Of a DNA stretch of 64,000 nt, positions 49,506 through 62,236 are shown piece by piece. This stretch comes from Mustelus asterias. Taxonomy: Eukaryota. The stretch spans positions 2,480,001 through 2,544,000 of the forward strand of contig NW_027590121.1 in assembly GCF_964213995.1 (NCBI RefSeq), given 5' to 3'. Below the pieces are notes generated by a model. It saw only the letters and a program-made list of their open reading frames with translations, ran no database searches and was not told where the DNA came from. A program made the translations under genes and the position numbers. Each line of letters begins with the position of its first letter. The first letter of the stretch is position 1.

Positions 49506-50208
49506 CACCCTCACAGGCAGCAAGTTCAAGACTATCATCAATCACAACCCCCTGTATCTTCACTAACTGAAACAATACATTTAAAACATTCTTAGTCGAG
49601 GAATATCATCATATTTCAGTTCGGCCGGAAGCCTGCATGGAGATTTTCAGCTCTCTGTGTCCAGGACAGGAAGCAGTGGGCATGGATCTATCAATCAGCC
49701 TCAATCAGCACCTTCAGGAGAATTGGGAGGGCGAATATTAGATACAGCAGAGTGAGAATGGAGGGAGAGTGTGTGGGATGGAGATTTACAGCTTTTGGGG
49801 AATGAGAGAGGAAAGAATGTTCTATAGAAACTGGAATTGTCTGTTCTGAATTTCGATCCTGTACTGACTGTGATGACTTTTTCAAACTCGTTTTACAGGA
49901 TATCAGAAGGTGAGGATTTACAGACAAAAACTCAAAACAAACATCACGTCAGCATTCAATTTATCGGGACCTGAATATCATTGACCTTTGATTCTAGAAG
50001 GGGAAATGTTTCTCTGTTCTTTCTGCTTCAGAAGATTCTCAACATCAGTGTGACTGGAAAAGCACCGAGACACACACACACATCCGAGTGAGAGTGTTCC
50101 AGTGCACTGAGTGTGGAAAGAGCTTTAACCAGTTACACAGCCTGAAAATACATCGCAGCATTCACAGCGGGAGAGACTCTACCCGTGTTCTGCGTGAGAT
50201 TTAACTGA

Positions 50209-51003
50209 TTGTTTAACCTGGAGAGTCACAAGGACACCCGCATCAGGGGAAAACCGTGGAAATGTGGGGACTGTGGAAAGGGATTCAATGTCCCATCAGA
50301 GCTGGAAATTCATCGACGCAGTCACACTGGAGAGAGACCGTTCAGCTGCTCTGATTGTGGGAAGGGATTCACTCAGTCATCCAGCCTGCAGAGACACCAG
50401 CGAGTTCACACCGGGGAGAGACCGTTCACCTGCTCTCAGTGTGGGAACCGATTCACTCGCATTTCCCACCTGCTGAGTCACAAAGTCACTCACACCAATG
50501 AGAGACCCTTTAAATGTACTGACTGTGGGAGTGGATTTAAAAGTTCTCGAGAACTCATGTCCCACCAACGCACTCACACTGTGGAGAGACCATTCTCCTG
50601 CTCTGACTGCACAAAGAAGTTTAGAACGTCATTCCACCTGCGGGAACACCAGCGAGTTCATACTGGGGAGAGGCCATTCACCTGCTCTGTGTGTGGGAAC
50701 GGGTTCACTCAGCTATCCATCCTGCTGAGACACAATCTCATTCACACCAATGAGAGACCCTTTAAATGTTCTGACTGTGGGAGCAGATTCAAAAGCTCAC
50801 GGGATCTGGTGTCCCACCAGCGCATTCACACTGAGGAGCGACCATTCAGTTGCACTCACTGCACAATGAGATTTAAATGGTCATCTGCACTGCAGACACA
50901 CCAGCGAGTTCACACTGGGGAGAGACCGTTCGCCTGCTCTGTGTGTGGGAAGGGATTCACTCGGTCATCCAACCTGCAGAGACACCAACGGATTCACCAA
51001 TGA
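50209..51003 (+). CDS. C2H2 ZNF, 9 intact fingers, family start codon lost (ATG->AGG)
   Basis: ...RIRGKPWKC; in-frame TGA at 50206-50208; upstream donor reads GC. Confidence 0.7.
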   Translation: MFNLESHKDTRIRGKPWKCGDCGKGFNVPSELEIHRRSHTGERPFSCSDCGKGFTQSSSLQRHQRVHTGERPFTCSQCGNRFTRISHLLSHKVTHTNERPFKCTDCGSGFKSSRELMSHQRTHTVERPFSCSDCTKKFRTSFHLREHQRVHTGERPFTCSVCGNGFTQLSILLRHNLIHTNERPFKCSDCGSRFKSSRDLVSHQRIHTEERPFSCTHCTMRFKWSSALQTHQRVHTGERPFACSVCGKGFTRSSNLQRHQRIHQ

Positions 51004-51194
51004 TTATCGAGTTGGTTTCTGCTGTTATTGCTGCTGTTAATCACATCCAGGACTGAAACACGTTCATTCTGACAGTTGGTGAAGTGGAACGTTGAAGGGT
51101 TTTCTTTCTGCTGGACTGGCCGGTTTCACCCCTCTGCTTCCAATGAGCTGATGCTCTTTGAGCCTGGGAGAGCACATTTCCAATGAAATAAGAA

Positions 51195-51605
51195 CAAAGA
51201 AAATTACAGCACAAGAACAGGCCCTCCAAGCCTGCACTGATCATGCTGCCTGACTGAACCACAACCCCCTACCCTTCCGGGGACCATATCCCTCTATTCC
51301 CATCCTATTCATGTATTTGTCCAGATGCCCCTTAAAAGTCACGATCGTATCCGCTTCCACTACCACCCCCGGCAGCGAGTTCCAGGCACCCACCACCCTC
51401 TGTGTAAAAAATCTGCCTTATACATCTCCTTTAAACCTTGCCCCTCGCACCTTAAAGCTGTGACTCTTCCACTCTGGGAAAAAGCGTTTGACTATCCATT
51501 CTGTCCATGCCCCTCATAATATTGGAGACTTCTATCAGGTCGCTCCTCAACCTCTGTTGTTCCAGTGAGAACAAACCAAGTTTCTCCAACCTCTCCTCAT
51601 AGCTA
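51195..51605 (-). mobile_element. CR1 3' end
   Basis: Tail and C-terminal homology. Confidence 0.75.
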
Positions 51606-53499
51606 AACAAACAAATAAAATGATCCACAAAAACTGATGAAAGACATTTATTTTATCCTGGATAGTAAATAGTGTTTTTCCTCCACTGCAGGTAGATCTA
51701 AAATAAATACAGAAAGAACTGGAAAAACACAGGTCTGGCAGGCATCTGTGGGGAGGGAAACTGAGTTAATGTTTCACGTCCAATGTAACTCTACTTCAGA
51801 ACTAGAGGGAGAAATGTGATGGGTTTGATACTGATGAGAAAGGGGGAGGGTCAGGTCGAACAAAAGGGAAAGTCAGGGATTGGTTAGTGGGCGACGAGAT
51901 TAAATGTCAAAAATGTCCTGGAACAAAAGGCAAAGGGAGAGGTAATGGTTGTAGTGAAGAAAGAAAGCAGTTTTGTCACGAGATTAATTGTATCCCCAAT
52001 TACTTGCCCCATTTTCTGTCATTATCAGGAATACAATAGAATAATTTCACACCATCCCTTTATCTGATTCTATACAATCCCTGTACAAATGTTGAGGCTA
52101 ATCAGAGCTGGAAGGTCTCTCTCGCCAGTACATTTATCTTCACTGCACATTCTTTACATACACAGCAATTAAGCTTTTACATTTGACTGCAAATAAAACT
52201 CAATCTTTCATTATAACTACTGATTCATTATTGATTCATTAACTTTAACTCAATTATGGCTCACTACTTATTCAACCATCTGTTACTGACTGGTCGCTAA
52301 TTGTTAGAGTAATCTTTAATTAATATATTTGGTTAACACAAGATACAATGGTTCAAAAATATACTTTGTGAAAGACACAAAGCTTTCTTACTAATCTTGA
52401 TCAGGTTGAACAATCAGCCTCATTCTTGAGCCAGACTTTAGCAGAATATAATGTCCTCTAACTTATCAAAATGATTGAAGAATTCCTTAATTGCTTGCTC
52501 AGCCGTGTCTGGAGGCTTTTAGCTTTATGATATAAAGATCTCATCACATGTTAGAGTTTAACATGGCTTCCTTGACCTAGTTATATTTAACTGTTAATAC
52601 AGATGGAAGTGATCATTTTCATTTCTGAGGCACCCCTACAGTTTCCCACATCACAACAGTGACCACACTTCAAAATAACTTGACCGTAAAACACTTTCCA
52701 AGATCTTGTGGTCATGCAAGAAGCTGCAGAAATGTAATTTCCTTTTTAGAAATAGTCCCCAACTTGGATACATCACACTCAGTCCGCTCATTGAGATCAT
52801 TAATAAAGACTGAGTCTTAATTTTGAGTAACAACCATGTCTTTCACTCCGTTTCCAAATCCCCTGTGAAAATCCAAACACAATATATCGTGAAATTATTT
52901 GGTTTAAAACAGAATGAGTTGTTGTGATTTGGAATTCACTGTCAGAAAATGGTGCAGGAAGCAAATTAAACTGGATCTTTCAAAAGGGAACTGGACAGAT
53001 TCAAAATGAAATATGGGATTAATGGAAGATCTTGTTCAAAGGGATTTCATGGGTACAATGGCTGGAATGGCCTCCTTCTCTGCTCTCAGATTCATTTGCA
53101 TCTGATGAAAGTGATAAATATCTGGAACCCACTTCCGGCAAGGGGGAGAAGCAGAGATGATGGAATCTTTCCAAAAGGAAATTGGATGGGCAATTGAGGG
53201 AAATAAACCTACAGGGGTCTGGGGATCGACGGGGCAATGGTTTGATTCACAGGGAACGAGCATGGACTTAATGGGGCAGGTGGCCGCATTCGTGACCCTA
53301 ATTCCTGACTGATCTAAAGAGAGTACAACCTGATGTGTAACCATAAAGCAAATGAAGACAGCAGCAAAGGCTGATGGTTAGAAGAGCTAACTCTGTATCA
53401 GGCTGAGTACTGTGGGAGGATCAGGCTGAAGGAGTTCTGCACTGAGGAATGGACAAAGGAGCTCATTGATTGGGGGCAGTCGCTCTGGCAGGAACTTTC

Positions 53500-55628
53500 A
53501 AAAGTTAATTGAAGGAGTCTGTGGGAAGGCAAAGGGACCTCTGGCAAGTGGCAAGCTTCAAAAGTGTGTTAACCAGGGTTCAGGGTAAGCACAGTCCTCT
53601 CAGAGTGAAGAGCAAGGCTGGTAGACGTAGGGAACGCTGGATGACTCGGGATATTGAGGCCCTGGTCAAGAAGAAGAAAGGGGCACATGACATGCATAGG
53701 CACTGGGATCAAGTGAATCCCTTGAAGAGTATAGTGGGTGTAGGAGTAGAGTTAAGAGAGAAATCAGGAGAGCAAAAAAGGGACACGAGATTGTTTTGGC
53801 AGAGAAGGCAAAGGAGAATCCAAAGAACTTCTGCAAATACATAAAGGGCAAAGGAGTAACAAGGGAGAGAGTAGGGCTTCTTAAGAATCAACAAGGTAAT
53901 CTATGTGCCGATCCACAGGGATGGGTGAGATCCTAAATGAATATTTCTCATCAGTATTTAGTGTTGAGAAAAGCATGGATGTTAGTGAACTTGGGGAAAT
54001 AAATAGTGATGTTTTGAGGAGCGTACATATTACAGAGAAAGAGATGCTGGAAGTTTTAAAGAGCATCAAGAAGTGTATCCCAGGACATTGTGGGAGGCTA
54101 GGGAGGAAATTGCAGATCCCCTAGCAGAGATATTTGAATCATCGATAGTCACGGGTGAGGTGCCTGAAGATTGGAGAGTGGCAAATGTTGTGCCTTCGTT
54201 TAAAAAGGGCTTCAGGGAAAAGCCTGGGAACTACAGGCCAGTGAGCCTCACATCTGTGGTGCGTAGTTGTTGGAAGGTATTTTGAGAGACAGGACCAACA
54301 GGCATTAAGAGACGCAAGGACTGATTAGGGACACTCAGCATGGCTTTGTGAGTGGAAAATCATGTCTCACAAATTTGATTGAGTTTTTTGAAGGGGTAAC
54401 CAGGAAGGTGGATGAGGGCAGTGCAGTTGATGTTGTCTACATGGACTTTAGCAAGGCCTTTGACAAGGTACCGCATGGTTGGTTGTTGCATGAGGTTAAA
54501 TCTCACGGGATCCAGGGTGAGATATCTAAATTGATACAAAAGTGGCTTCTGGACAGAAGCCAGAGTGTGGTTGTAGAGGGTTGTCTTTAAAACTGGAGGC
54601 CTGTGGCCAGCGGTATGCCTCGGGGATCAGTACTGGGTCCACTGTTATTTGTCATGTATATTAATGATTTGGATGATAATATAGGTAGCATGGTTTGCAG
54701 ATTACACCAAGATTGGTGGCATAGTGCACAGCGAAGAAAGTTATCTTCGATTGCAACGGGATCTTGATCAATTGGGCCAGTGAGCTGACGAATGGCAGAT
54801 GGAGTTTAAGTTAGACAAATGCGAGGTGATGCATTTTGGTAGATTGAACCAGGGCAGGACTTACACAGTTAATGGGAGGACGTTGGGGAGAGTTACAGAA
54901 CAAAGAGATCTAAGGGTACATGTTCAGAGCTCCTTGAAAGTGGAGTCACAGGTGGACAGAGTGGTGAAAAAGGCATCGGCATGCTTGGATTCATTGGTCA
55001 GAACATTGAATACAGGAGTTGGGATGTCTTGTTGAAGTTGGACAAGACATTGGTGAGGCCACACTTGAAATACTGCGTACAGTTCTGGTCACCCTATTGT
55101 AGAAAGGATATTATTAAACTGGAAAGAGTGCAGAAAAGATTTACTAGGATGCTACCGGGACTTGATGGACTGAGTTATAAGGAGAGGCTGGATAGACTGG
55201 GACTTTTTTCTCTGGAGCGTAGGAGGCTGAGGGGCGATCTTATAGAGGTCTATAAAATAATGAGGGGCACAGATCAGCTGGACAGTCAATATATTTTCCC
55301 AAAGATAGGGAAGTCTAAAACCAGAGGGCATAAGTTCAATGAGAGGGGAGAGATACAAAAGTTCCAGAGGGGCATTTTTTTCGCACAGCAGGTGGTGAGT
55401 ATCTGGAACAAGCTGCCAGAGGCAGCAGCAGTGGTGGGTACAATCTTGTCTTTTAAAAAGCATTTAGACAGTTACATGGGTAAGATGGGTATAGAGGGAT
55501 ATGGGCCAAATGCGGGCAATTGGGATTAGTTTAGTGGTTTAAACAAAAAGGGCATCATGGACAAGTTGGGCCGAAGGGCCAGTTTCTATGCTGCAAACCA
55601 CTGTGACTCTGTGACTCTATGACTCTAT
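53500..55628 (+). mobile_element. Degenerate CR1 LINE ORF2 plus 3' tail
   Basis: Frameshifted RT ORFs 54073-55529. Confidence 0.95.
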
Positions 55629-55729
55629 CTCTGAAAATAAACAGCGAACACAAAGCGGATTAGGAGGAACAACAACGGAATAATTGCCTCGAGATGGAAA
55701 TGGGGAATTAATTTGGTGATTGATGGATT

Positions 55730-56045
55730 TCACCCAAAGGTTCAAAATGACCGAGCTGTGATCAGGACAATAACCAGAGTCAGACAGAATTTCACCCCAT
55801 GGTTCCAGTTAGAGCTTCAGAAACAGAGGCAGTGATCACTGACTGTGCCAGAACTGTAATTGGAGAAGTTGAAACAGTCAGTGGAATGGTATGAGGTCGA
55901 ACGTGACTCCCTGTCTCCGCCCATTTTTACATCTTCAAACAGGTGCTTCCTCTCGAAGGGAATGGGTGACCTTGCATAAGTGATCAGAGAGCGCCCTCCC
56001 CTGGCAGCACTGCCGCATATTGGAAACAGACACACACACGGCCAC
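55730..56045 (-). pseudogene. Possible decayed antigen-receptor V exon with RSS remnant
   Basis: tttgcag acceptor; ~285 nt with VLPGE, CKVT, W.RQ and SDSG-YC patches; then CACAGCT and a weak nonamer. Confidence 0.4.
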
Positions 56046-57299
56046 CTGCAAAGACTGACACATTTCGAGATATTAGAATCATAGAATCCGTACAGTACAG
56101 AAGAATGCCATTCGGCCCAGCGAATATGTACTGGCCACAACGCCACCCAGGCCCTATTCCCGTAACCCCATATATTTACCCCGCTAATCCCCCTGACACT
56201 AGGGTCAATTTAGCATGGCTAATCAACCGAACCTGCACATCTTTGGATTGTGGGAGGAAACCGGAGCACTGAGGAAACCCAGCAGACACGGGGAGAGCAG
56301 ATACATACACGGCCACGTGCAAAGGCTAACACATGTAAGGATATATAACCATATAGATATATGCCCAGGCACTGACATCAACGTCCCTCGCTATAAATAC
56401 AGAATTATTCTGTAGATTTGTGATATATATTAGTCTCAGCTGTTAACCATGATAATACATGAATAACGCCACCTCCGTGTTCACCAGAAGCGTCGTATAC
56501 CACACAGAATCAACAAAGTATACACAGTGATCGATTCTCAAACCGATCGACTCAAACATAGACACACAGTCAATGAGGAAGATAAACAATCAGATTAACA
56601 CAGCCATAGACACACTAAAGAGAAGTGCGCCCATTGACAATGCCAAAAACGTACTAGTTCCAGAGTAAACTCCCTGAACTGGAATTCCCTGGGGTCGTGT
56701 CAGTGCGGCAATATCCCGTTAGATATTCATCGCGATGGAACTGTCCATTTTAACAACAGGAACAGCCAGAAATCTATTTCTTACCAACGGTGATCATTAA
56801 TTGATGACTATAAGCAATTGACGACTATTAGAGAATAAGCAACAATGCTTATTTATTTTTATTTTTTTACAGTCAACCATATTCTGGATGTGTCCGTGTC
56901 ATGTTTAAAGTTTGTTTATTAGTGTCACAAGTGGGATTACATTCATACTGCAATTAAGTTACTGTAAAAATCCACTGGTCGCCACACTCCGGATACACTA
57001 AGGGAGAACTTTAGCATGGTAATGCACCGAACCAGTGCATCTTTTGGACTGTGGGAGAAAACCAGAGCACACAGAGGAAACCCACGCAGACACAGGAAGA
57101 ACATGCAAACTGCACTCAGATCCAAGCCAGGAATCGGACCCGGGTCCCTGGCGTGGTGAGGCAGCTATGTGCCACTGTGCCACCCCGTGTGAGATCAGTG
57201 TATGCAAGACAGATTTCCCACCCATTCTCAATGTTATCGGATCAAATGTTCGGGACACAGGAGGACAACACAAGGAGACTGCTTTGGGTGCAGGTGATT

Positions 57300-57610
57300 C
57301 ATTCTCTTCTGTTATATTCCACATTCTGTGGAAAGTTGTGGAGTTAATTAGTTATATTATATATAATTCAGAAATAATGAGGAGATGCTTCATCCGATTA
57401 AACTCGTTTTGTAAATTCAATATGAAATCAATTGCATAAATAAATATATGTCTACATTGAAAGCTAAATTGGGAAGCTATATCCAATACTTCATGCCATT
57501 GGATCAAGGAAACGTTGTTACTTAAAGCAAACTGTATGGACACGGATTCCACAGAAACTCCTTCTTCAACTGGGGATTGGACAATGACTTGAAAGGGAGA
57601 AAAATCAGCT
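57300..57610 (-). pseudogene. Possible decayed V exon (TCR/IgL-like)
   Basis: QVIVQSPVEEGVSVESVSIQF..IQW..LLIISEL spacing fits a V-set domain, but both Cys are absent. Confidence 0.3.
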
Positions 57611-57857
57611 TCATGGAATGAGAGGAGGAAATTGAAATGAGAACAAAGAACAGTGCAGCACAGGAACAGGCCCTTCGGCCCACCAAGCCCACACCGATAC
57701 ATCAGTTGGGTAGCTCGTAATCAAATAATTGGCATAGGCATTGTGGGTCAAAGGGCCTCTTATTGTTGCCTGCCATTGTCAACCATTTTCAATCATTCTT
57801 GGATCAATATGTCTACAGCATTCACAATGAGTGTTGCAACATTTCAAGAGAGTCCCA

Positions 57858-57930
57858 TTGGGTGCTTGCAAGTGGTGATTGCATTCACCTCACACACGAA
57901 AGCTCCCCAGTTCAAAGCCATGCCGGAATG
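57858..57930 (+). tRNA. Highly decayed tRNA-Val(CAC) pseudogene
   Basis: gtggtgattgcattcacctCACacacgaaagctccccagttcaaagcc aligns with tRNA-Val. Confidence 0.55.
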
Positions 57931-58267
57931 TTATTAGTATTTGTTCTTTAAGGATGAGGGAAGTTTACATGATTTAAATTTGTTGCTGAGCATTATCCGA
58001 AACTCGATATTAAAGCCATATTATCTTTGCTCTGACCTCGGCCTCAAAATCTTACAGCAAAATCTGAAATCTTGTATTTTTATGACGCAATGAAAGGAAA
58101 TAGAGGTCCCTTTTTGACACCGTGTTCATATCAGCAACTCGTTCAGTCCACAACAGAATTTAATGGCTTTATTGATGCAGACGAACAAAGTTAATCACCA
58201 TCTGAAACATATCTAAAAGTATAAATGATGTGGAGATGCCGGCGTTGGGCTGGGGAAAACACAGTAA

Positions 58268-58367
58268 GGAATTTAACAACACCAGGTTAAAGTCCAACAG
58301 GTTTATTTGGTAGCTAGTTTGCTACCAAATAAACCTATTGGACTTTAACCTGGTGTTGTTAGATTCC
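58268..58367. repeat. ~47-bp-arm inverted repeat (collapsed Penelope termini)
   Basis: aacaccaggttaaagtccaacaggtttatttggtagc / gctaccaaataaacctattggactttaacctggtgtt. Confidence 0.9.
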
Positions 58368-59090
58368 GAACAGTATAAAGACAGGCATACGTGAAACTGT
58401 AACTGAACTAGAGGAAATAGCGCACATTGCACACCATCTTTTTAACATCGTTGTTCAGAGTGAAGAATTAGGGAAAGCCTCTCAGACAGATGAGAAAATC
58501 GAGAATCAGTGTGGATCTGCTGGGCTTCCTGCAGATGAACGAGATTTAGGCGCCAGAATGTTTCACTCACAGAGTAAAGAGGGGTCAAGTATAACTAACA
58601 GATCATTCTTAAATCTCTTCCCTTTAAAGATATCTGATTTTGTTTAAAAGCTGACTGTCTCAAATAAGCACCATGGGATGTGTATTACCCAGTGACTCGA
58701 TTTCTTTTGTTGGTCAGTCATGCTTGCAATTCAATGTTGTATATTTCAGAGATATTCAGTTCAGAATGAGGTGATATGTAATTAATAAAAATATATTAAT
58801 ATTAAACATTGAAAAGCAAACAAGCACTGGGTGGAGCTGGTTAAAATTATTCGAAGGAAGATGAGAATGATGCATTAATGATTGAGCAGAAATCATTGCT
58901 CCTTAGATATTTGCTGGACGACCGCTTATAAATGTTGAAGTTGAAGATAAGTTGAGAAATCAAGTTGAAAGAAATGTTTTTTGTCTTGATTTAATTGACA
59001 TGGGCTCTCAGTGTAACCATTAGAACCTGCAGCAACACAGTGGAGGTGAACATTGTGGTCAGGCCAATTGGTGGCGCTATGCTGTCAGTT

Positions 59091-59152
59091 GTTTCTGTAG
59101 TGTAGTGGTTATCACGTTCGCCTAACACGCGAAAGGGCCCCGGACAGAAACA
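59091..59152 (+). tRNA. tRNA-Val(AAC) pseudogene lacking the T-loop
   Basis: GTTTCTGTAGTGTAGTGGTTATCACGTTCGCCTAACACGCGAAAGGGCCCCGG-ACAGAAAC; TTCGAAACCGG is missing. Confidence 0.9.
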
Positions 59153-59904
59153 TTAATTTACTCATTTATTGTGAGGGTAGTTTTGCATGGTTTCAGTTTT
59201 TGCTGTACATATTCCGAATCTCGATGTTGCAGCCATATTATCTTTGCTCTAAACTCGGCCACAAATGCTCTCAGCAAAATCAGGAATGCTGTAGTTTGAG
59301 ACGCAATGAGGAAATAAATGTGTGTATTTGGACACCGTGCGCAGATCAGCAACTTGTTCAAACCACAACAGAACTTAATGGTTTTATAAATGCAGACTAA
59401 CATAGTTAATCACCATCTGAAACATGTCAAATAGTATTGTGTGCTCATAAAGACAGACACAAGTGAAACTGTAAATGAACTAGAGGAAATGGCAGACATT
59501 GCGCAGAAGCATCTTTTTAAAATTGTTCTTCATAATAAAGAAATAGGAAAAAGCACTCAGGCAGATGAAGAAATCGAGACTCAGTGTAGATCTGCTGGAC
59601 TTTCCTACAGATGAACGGGATTTAAGCACCAGAATATTTCACACGCAAAATAAAGAGGGATCAAGTATAACTAACAGATCATTCTTAAATCTCTTCCCTT
59701 TAAAGATATCTGATATTGTTTAAAAGCTGACTGTCTCAAATAAGTACCATGGGATGTGTATCACCCAGTGACTCAATTTCTTTTATTGGTCAGTCATGTT
59801 TGCAATTCAATGTTGCATATTCCCGAGATATTCAATTCAGAATGAAGACGTATGTATTAAATACATGTATTAATATTTAATATCGAATAACGAAACAAAT
59901 ATTG

Positions 59905-61085
59905 AGTAACCAGCCAACGATTCAAGTCTGGATGACCCTTCATCAGAGCTAAGAGCAAAGAAAAGCAGAAAAGATTTAAATTATGGGTGGAAGGGTGGAA
60001 GGGGGGTGCTGTAATTGGACAAAGGGAATGCAAATGAGGATAAAGATGGCTGAGAGAGATGCTAAAAATGTCCATTAAGCGATCAGAATAGCAGAGCAGA
60101 GGTAAAGGTGGTTAAGGCAGTTGCCCTGAAAGAGGAGTGGCGTGGGGGGGGGGGGGTGGGGGGGGGGGGGGGGGGGGGGGTGGGGGGGGGGGGGGGGGGG
60201 GCGGCGGCGGCGGGGGGGGGGGGGGGAGAGGCAAAAAGGAGAGCAGGAATGAAGAAATGGAAAAAGAAGTATGATAAAAGTGGGTAAATGAGATGAAATG
60301 AAGAAACAGTATGAAATAAAATAAATGGAAAGGGGATAAAGGTGGCGGGGAGAGTTCATGCTCTGAAGTTATTGAACTCAATGTTTATTCCAGAAGGCTG
60401 TAAAGTGTCCAATTGGAAGATGAGGTACTGTTCCTCCAGTTTGCGTTGGGGTTCATTCAAACATTGCAAAAGGCCAAGGACGGACATGTGGACAGGAGAG
60501 CAGGGTGCTGTGTTGAAGTGGCAAGAACTGGAAGTTCTGGGTCCTGCTTGCAGACGGACTGAAGGTGTTCAGCAAAGCGATCACCCAGTTTGTATTTGGT
60601 CTCTCCAATGTAGGAGAGTACACTTCATGGGGAGGAGCGAATGCAATAGACTAGACTGAAGGAGACGCATTTGAATCGCTGCTTCACCTGAAAGGGGTGT
60701 TTAGGACCTGGGATGGTGAGCAGGGAGGAGGTAAAGGGGCAGGTGTTGCACCGTCTACCATTGCATGGGAAGATGCTGTGGGTAGGGGATGGGATGTTGG
60801 GTGGGATGGAGGCGTGGACCAGGGTGCCCCAGAGAGAACTTTCCTTGTGGAATGCTGATGGGTGTGAGGGGTGAGGTGAAGATGTGTTGAGGTGAAGATG
60901 TGTTGAGGAGTGGCTTCATGCTGGAGTTGGCAGCAATGGCGGAGGATGATACTTTGAACACGGAGGCTGGTTTCTGGTCTGGTAAAAAGTGAGGACAAGG
61001 GGAGCCCTGTCCTCTTTCTGGGAGCGAGTGCGAGCAGTGGCCTGGGGCATGAGTTGGACACAGTCAGGAGCCCTGTCAACCACAG
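59905..61085 (-). mobile_element. Penelope element fragment (GIY-YIG region, hammerhead-like terminus, poly-G tract 60143-60225)
   Basis: DRAPLVLTF, SIILRH..QLQ; agctCTGATGAagggtcatccagacttGAATCGTT. Confidence 0.75.
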
Positions 61086-61479
61086 TGGGTGGACTCCACA
61101 CAGTCACCCAAGGCAAGAATCGAACCCAGGTCCCAAGCACTGGAAGGCAGCAATGCTAACCACTGTTCCACCCGGAAGGATCAGCCTGGTGGTAGCTTTA
61201 CTCATGATATCCAGTTGCACTGGAGGTAGAGTGGGAAGGAAAAAAAAAGTAAAATACTGCGGATGTTGGAATTGGGAAACTTAAACTGAAAATACTGGAT
61301 AAACTCAGCAGACCTGGCGGCATCTGTGGAGAAACCTATTAACAATGGATTCTTATGATTTTGGTTGCTGAATGAGGAGACAAGGTCCTTTCGGTTTTAT
61401 TGACGCTTTATGCGGCGTTACGGTTGAAGCGATAAAAGCAATATTTTAAATATCTCTGATATTAAGTGATGTCCATCTT

Positions 61480-62110
61480 TGTGTGGGGCAGACGTCCTCC
61501 GTTTGGACGGAAGATGAAGAACCAATGTGCCCTTAACAAAGATGGCGGCGATGTGGGTGAGCGGGGCAATGGGCGGTGTACGCAGAACGCTGAGGAGGTT
61601 GGGATCGCACATGCGCATTGCAGCGGGAGTGTTTTGATGGAAGCGCGCGGGTTCTTCTCCGGATCGGAATCAGATTTGAAAGGGGGGGACGGTTAACGGT
61701 GGCAGGCGTTGCCATGGCGGCAGGGGCGGGGCTCGCCAACAGCGCGCGCTGGCAGAATTGGACCCTCGAGCTCAACCTGAGTTACAGCAGCAGCAGGTGC
61801 GGAGGCCGCGCGGGGAGCCGGGGGCTCGAGTACGCGGCAAGCCGGGTCAGTCCGCCTCTCCAGCGGAGGCGACCTGGGGATGTGACACCAACTTCGGGTT
61901 TTTTACGTCTCTTTTACCCCGCACCCAGCTCCTCAGCACAAAGCAGCCCTTCAAATCCCCCAGAAATCACTCAGACCCCACTTGGCATCTTTTCCCCAGG
62001 TCATGACCCTGAGATGCCATCTTGGTTTCAGCCCCTCCACCTGATCAGGTGCCAACTGCGGTGGTGGTTGGGGGAACGATTGCTCGTTTCCAGGGCCGGG
62101 TGCTGAACTG
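61480..62110 (+). promoter_or_regulatory. CpG island with possible first coding exon (61714-61796)
   Basis: AAGATGGCGGC (YY1-like), CACATGCGCA; gccATGG MAAGAGLANSARWQNWTLELNLSYSSS followed by cag|gtgcgg. Confidence 0.45.
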
Positions 62111-62236
62111 GATCTCTCTCAATAACCCTCAGTTTGTTTTCAAGATACAATTTGGTACATCTGGTGATTTGTCGCTTTGTCCCTAAATGGAGGGCAAGCG
62201 GATTGGCACCCTGATTATCAATTGACACTAATCCAC

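Larger units (their letters stand above)
57950..59900 (+). repeat. Diverged tandem duplication (57950-58830 vs 59160-59900), each unit following a tRNA-Val relic
   Basis: Shared blocks such as agccatattatctttgctct and tcaagtataactaacagatcattcttaaatc. Confidence 0.85.

Noticed and set aside
60075-60381. Poly-proline ORFs
   Set aside because: Translation of a poly-G tract inside a Penelope element
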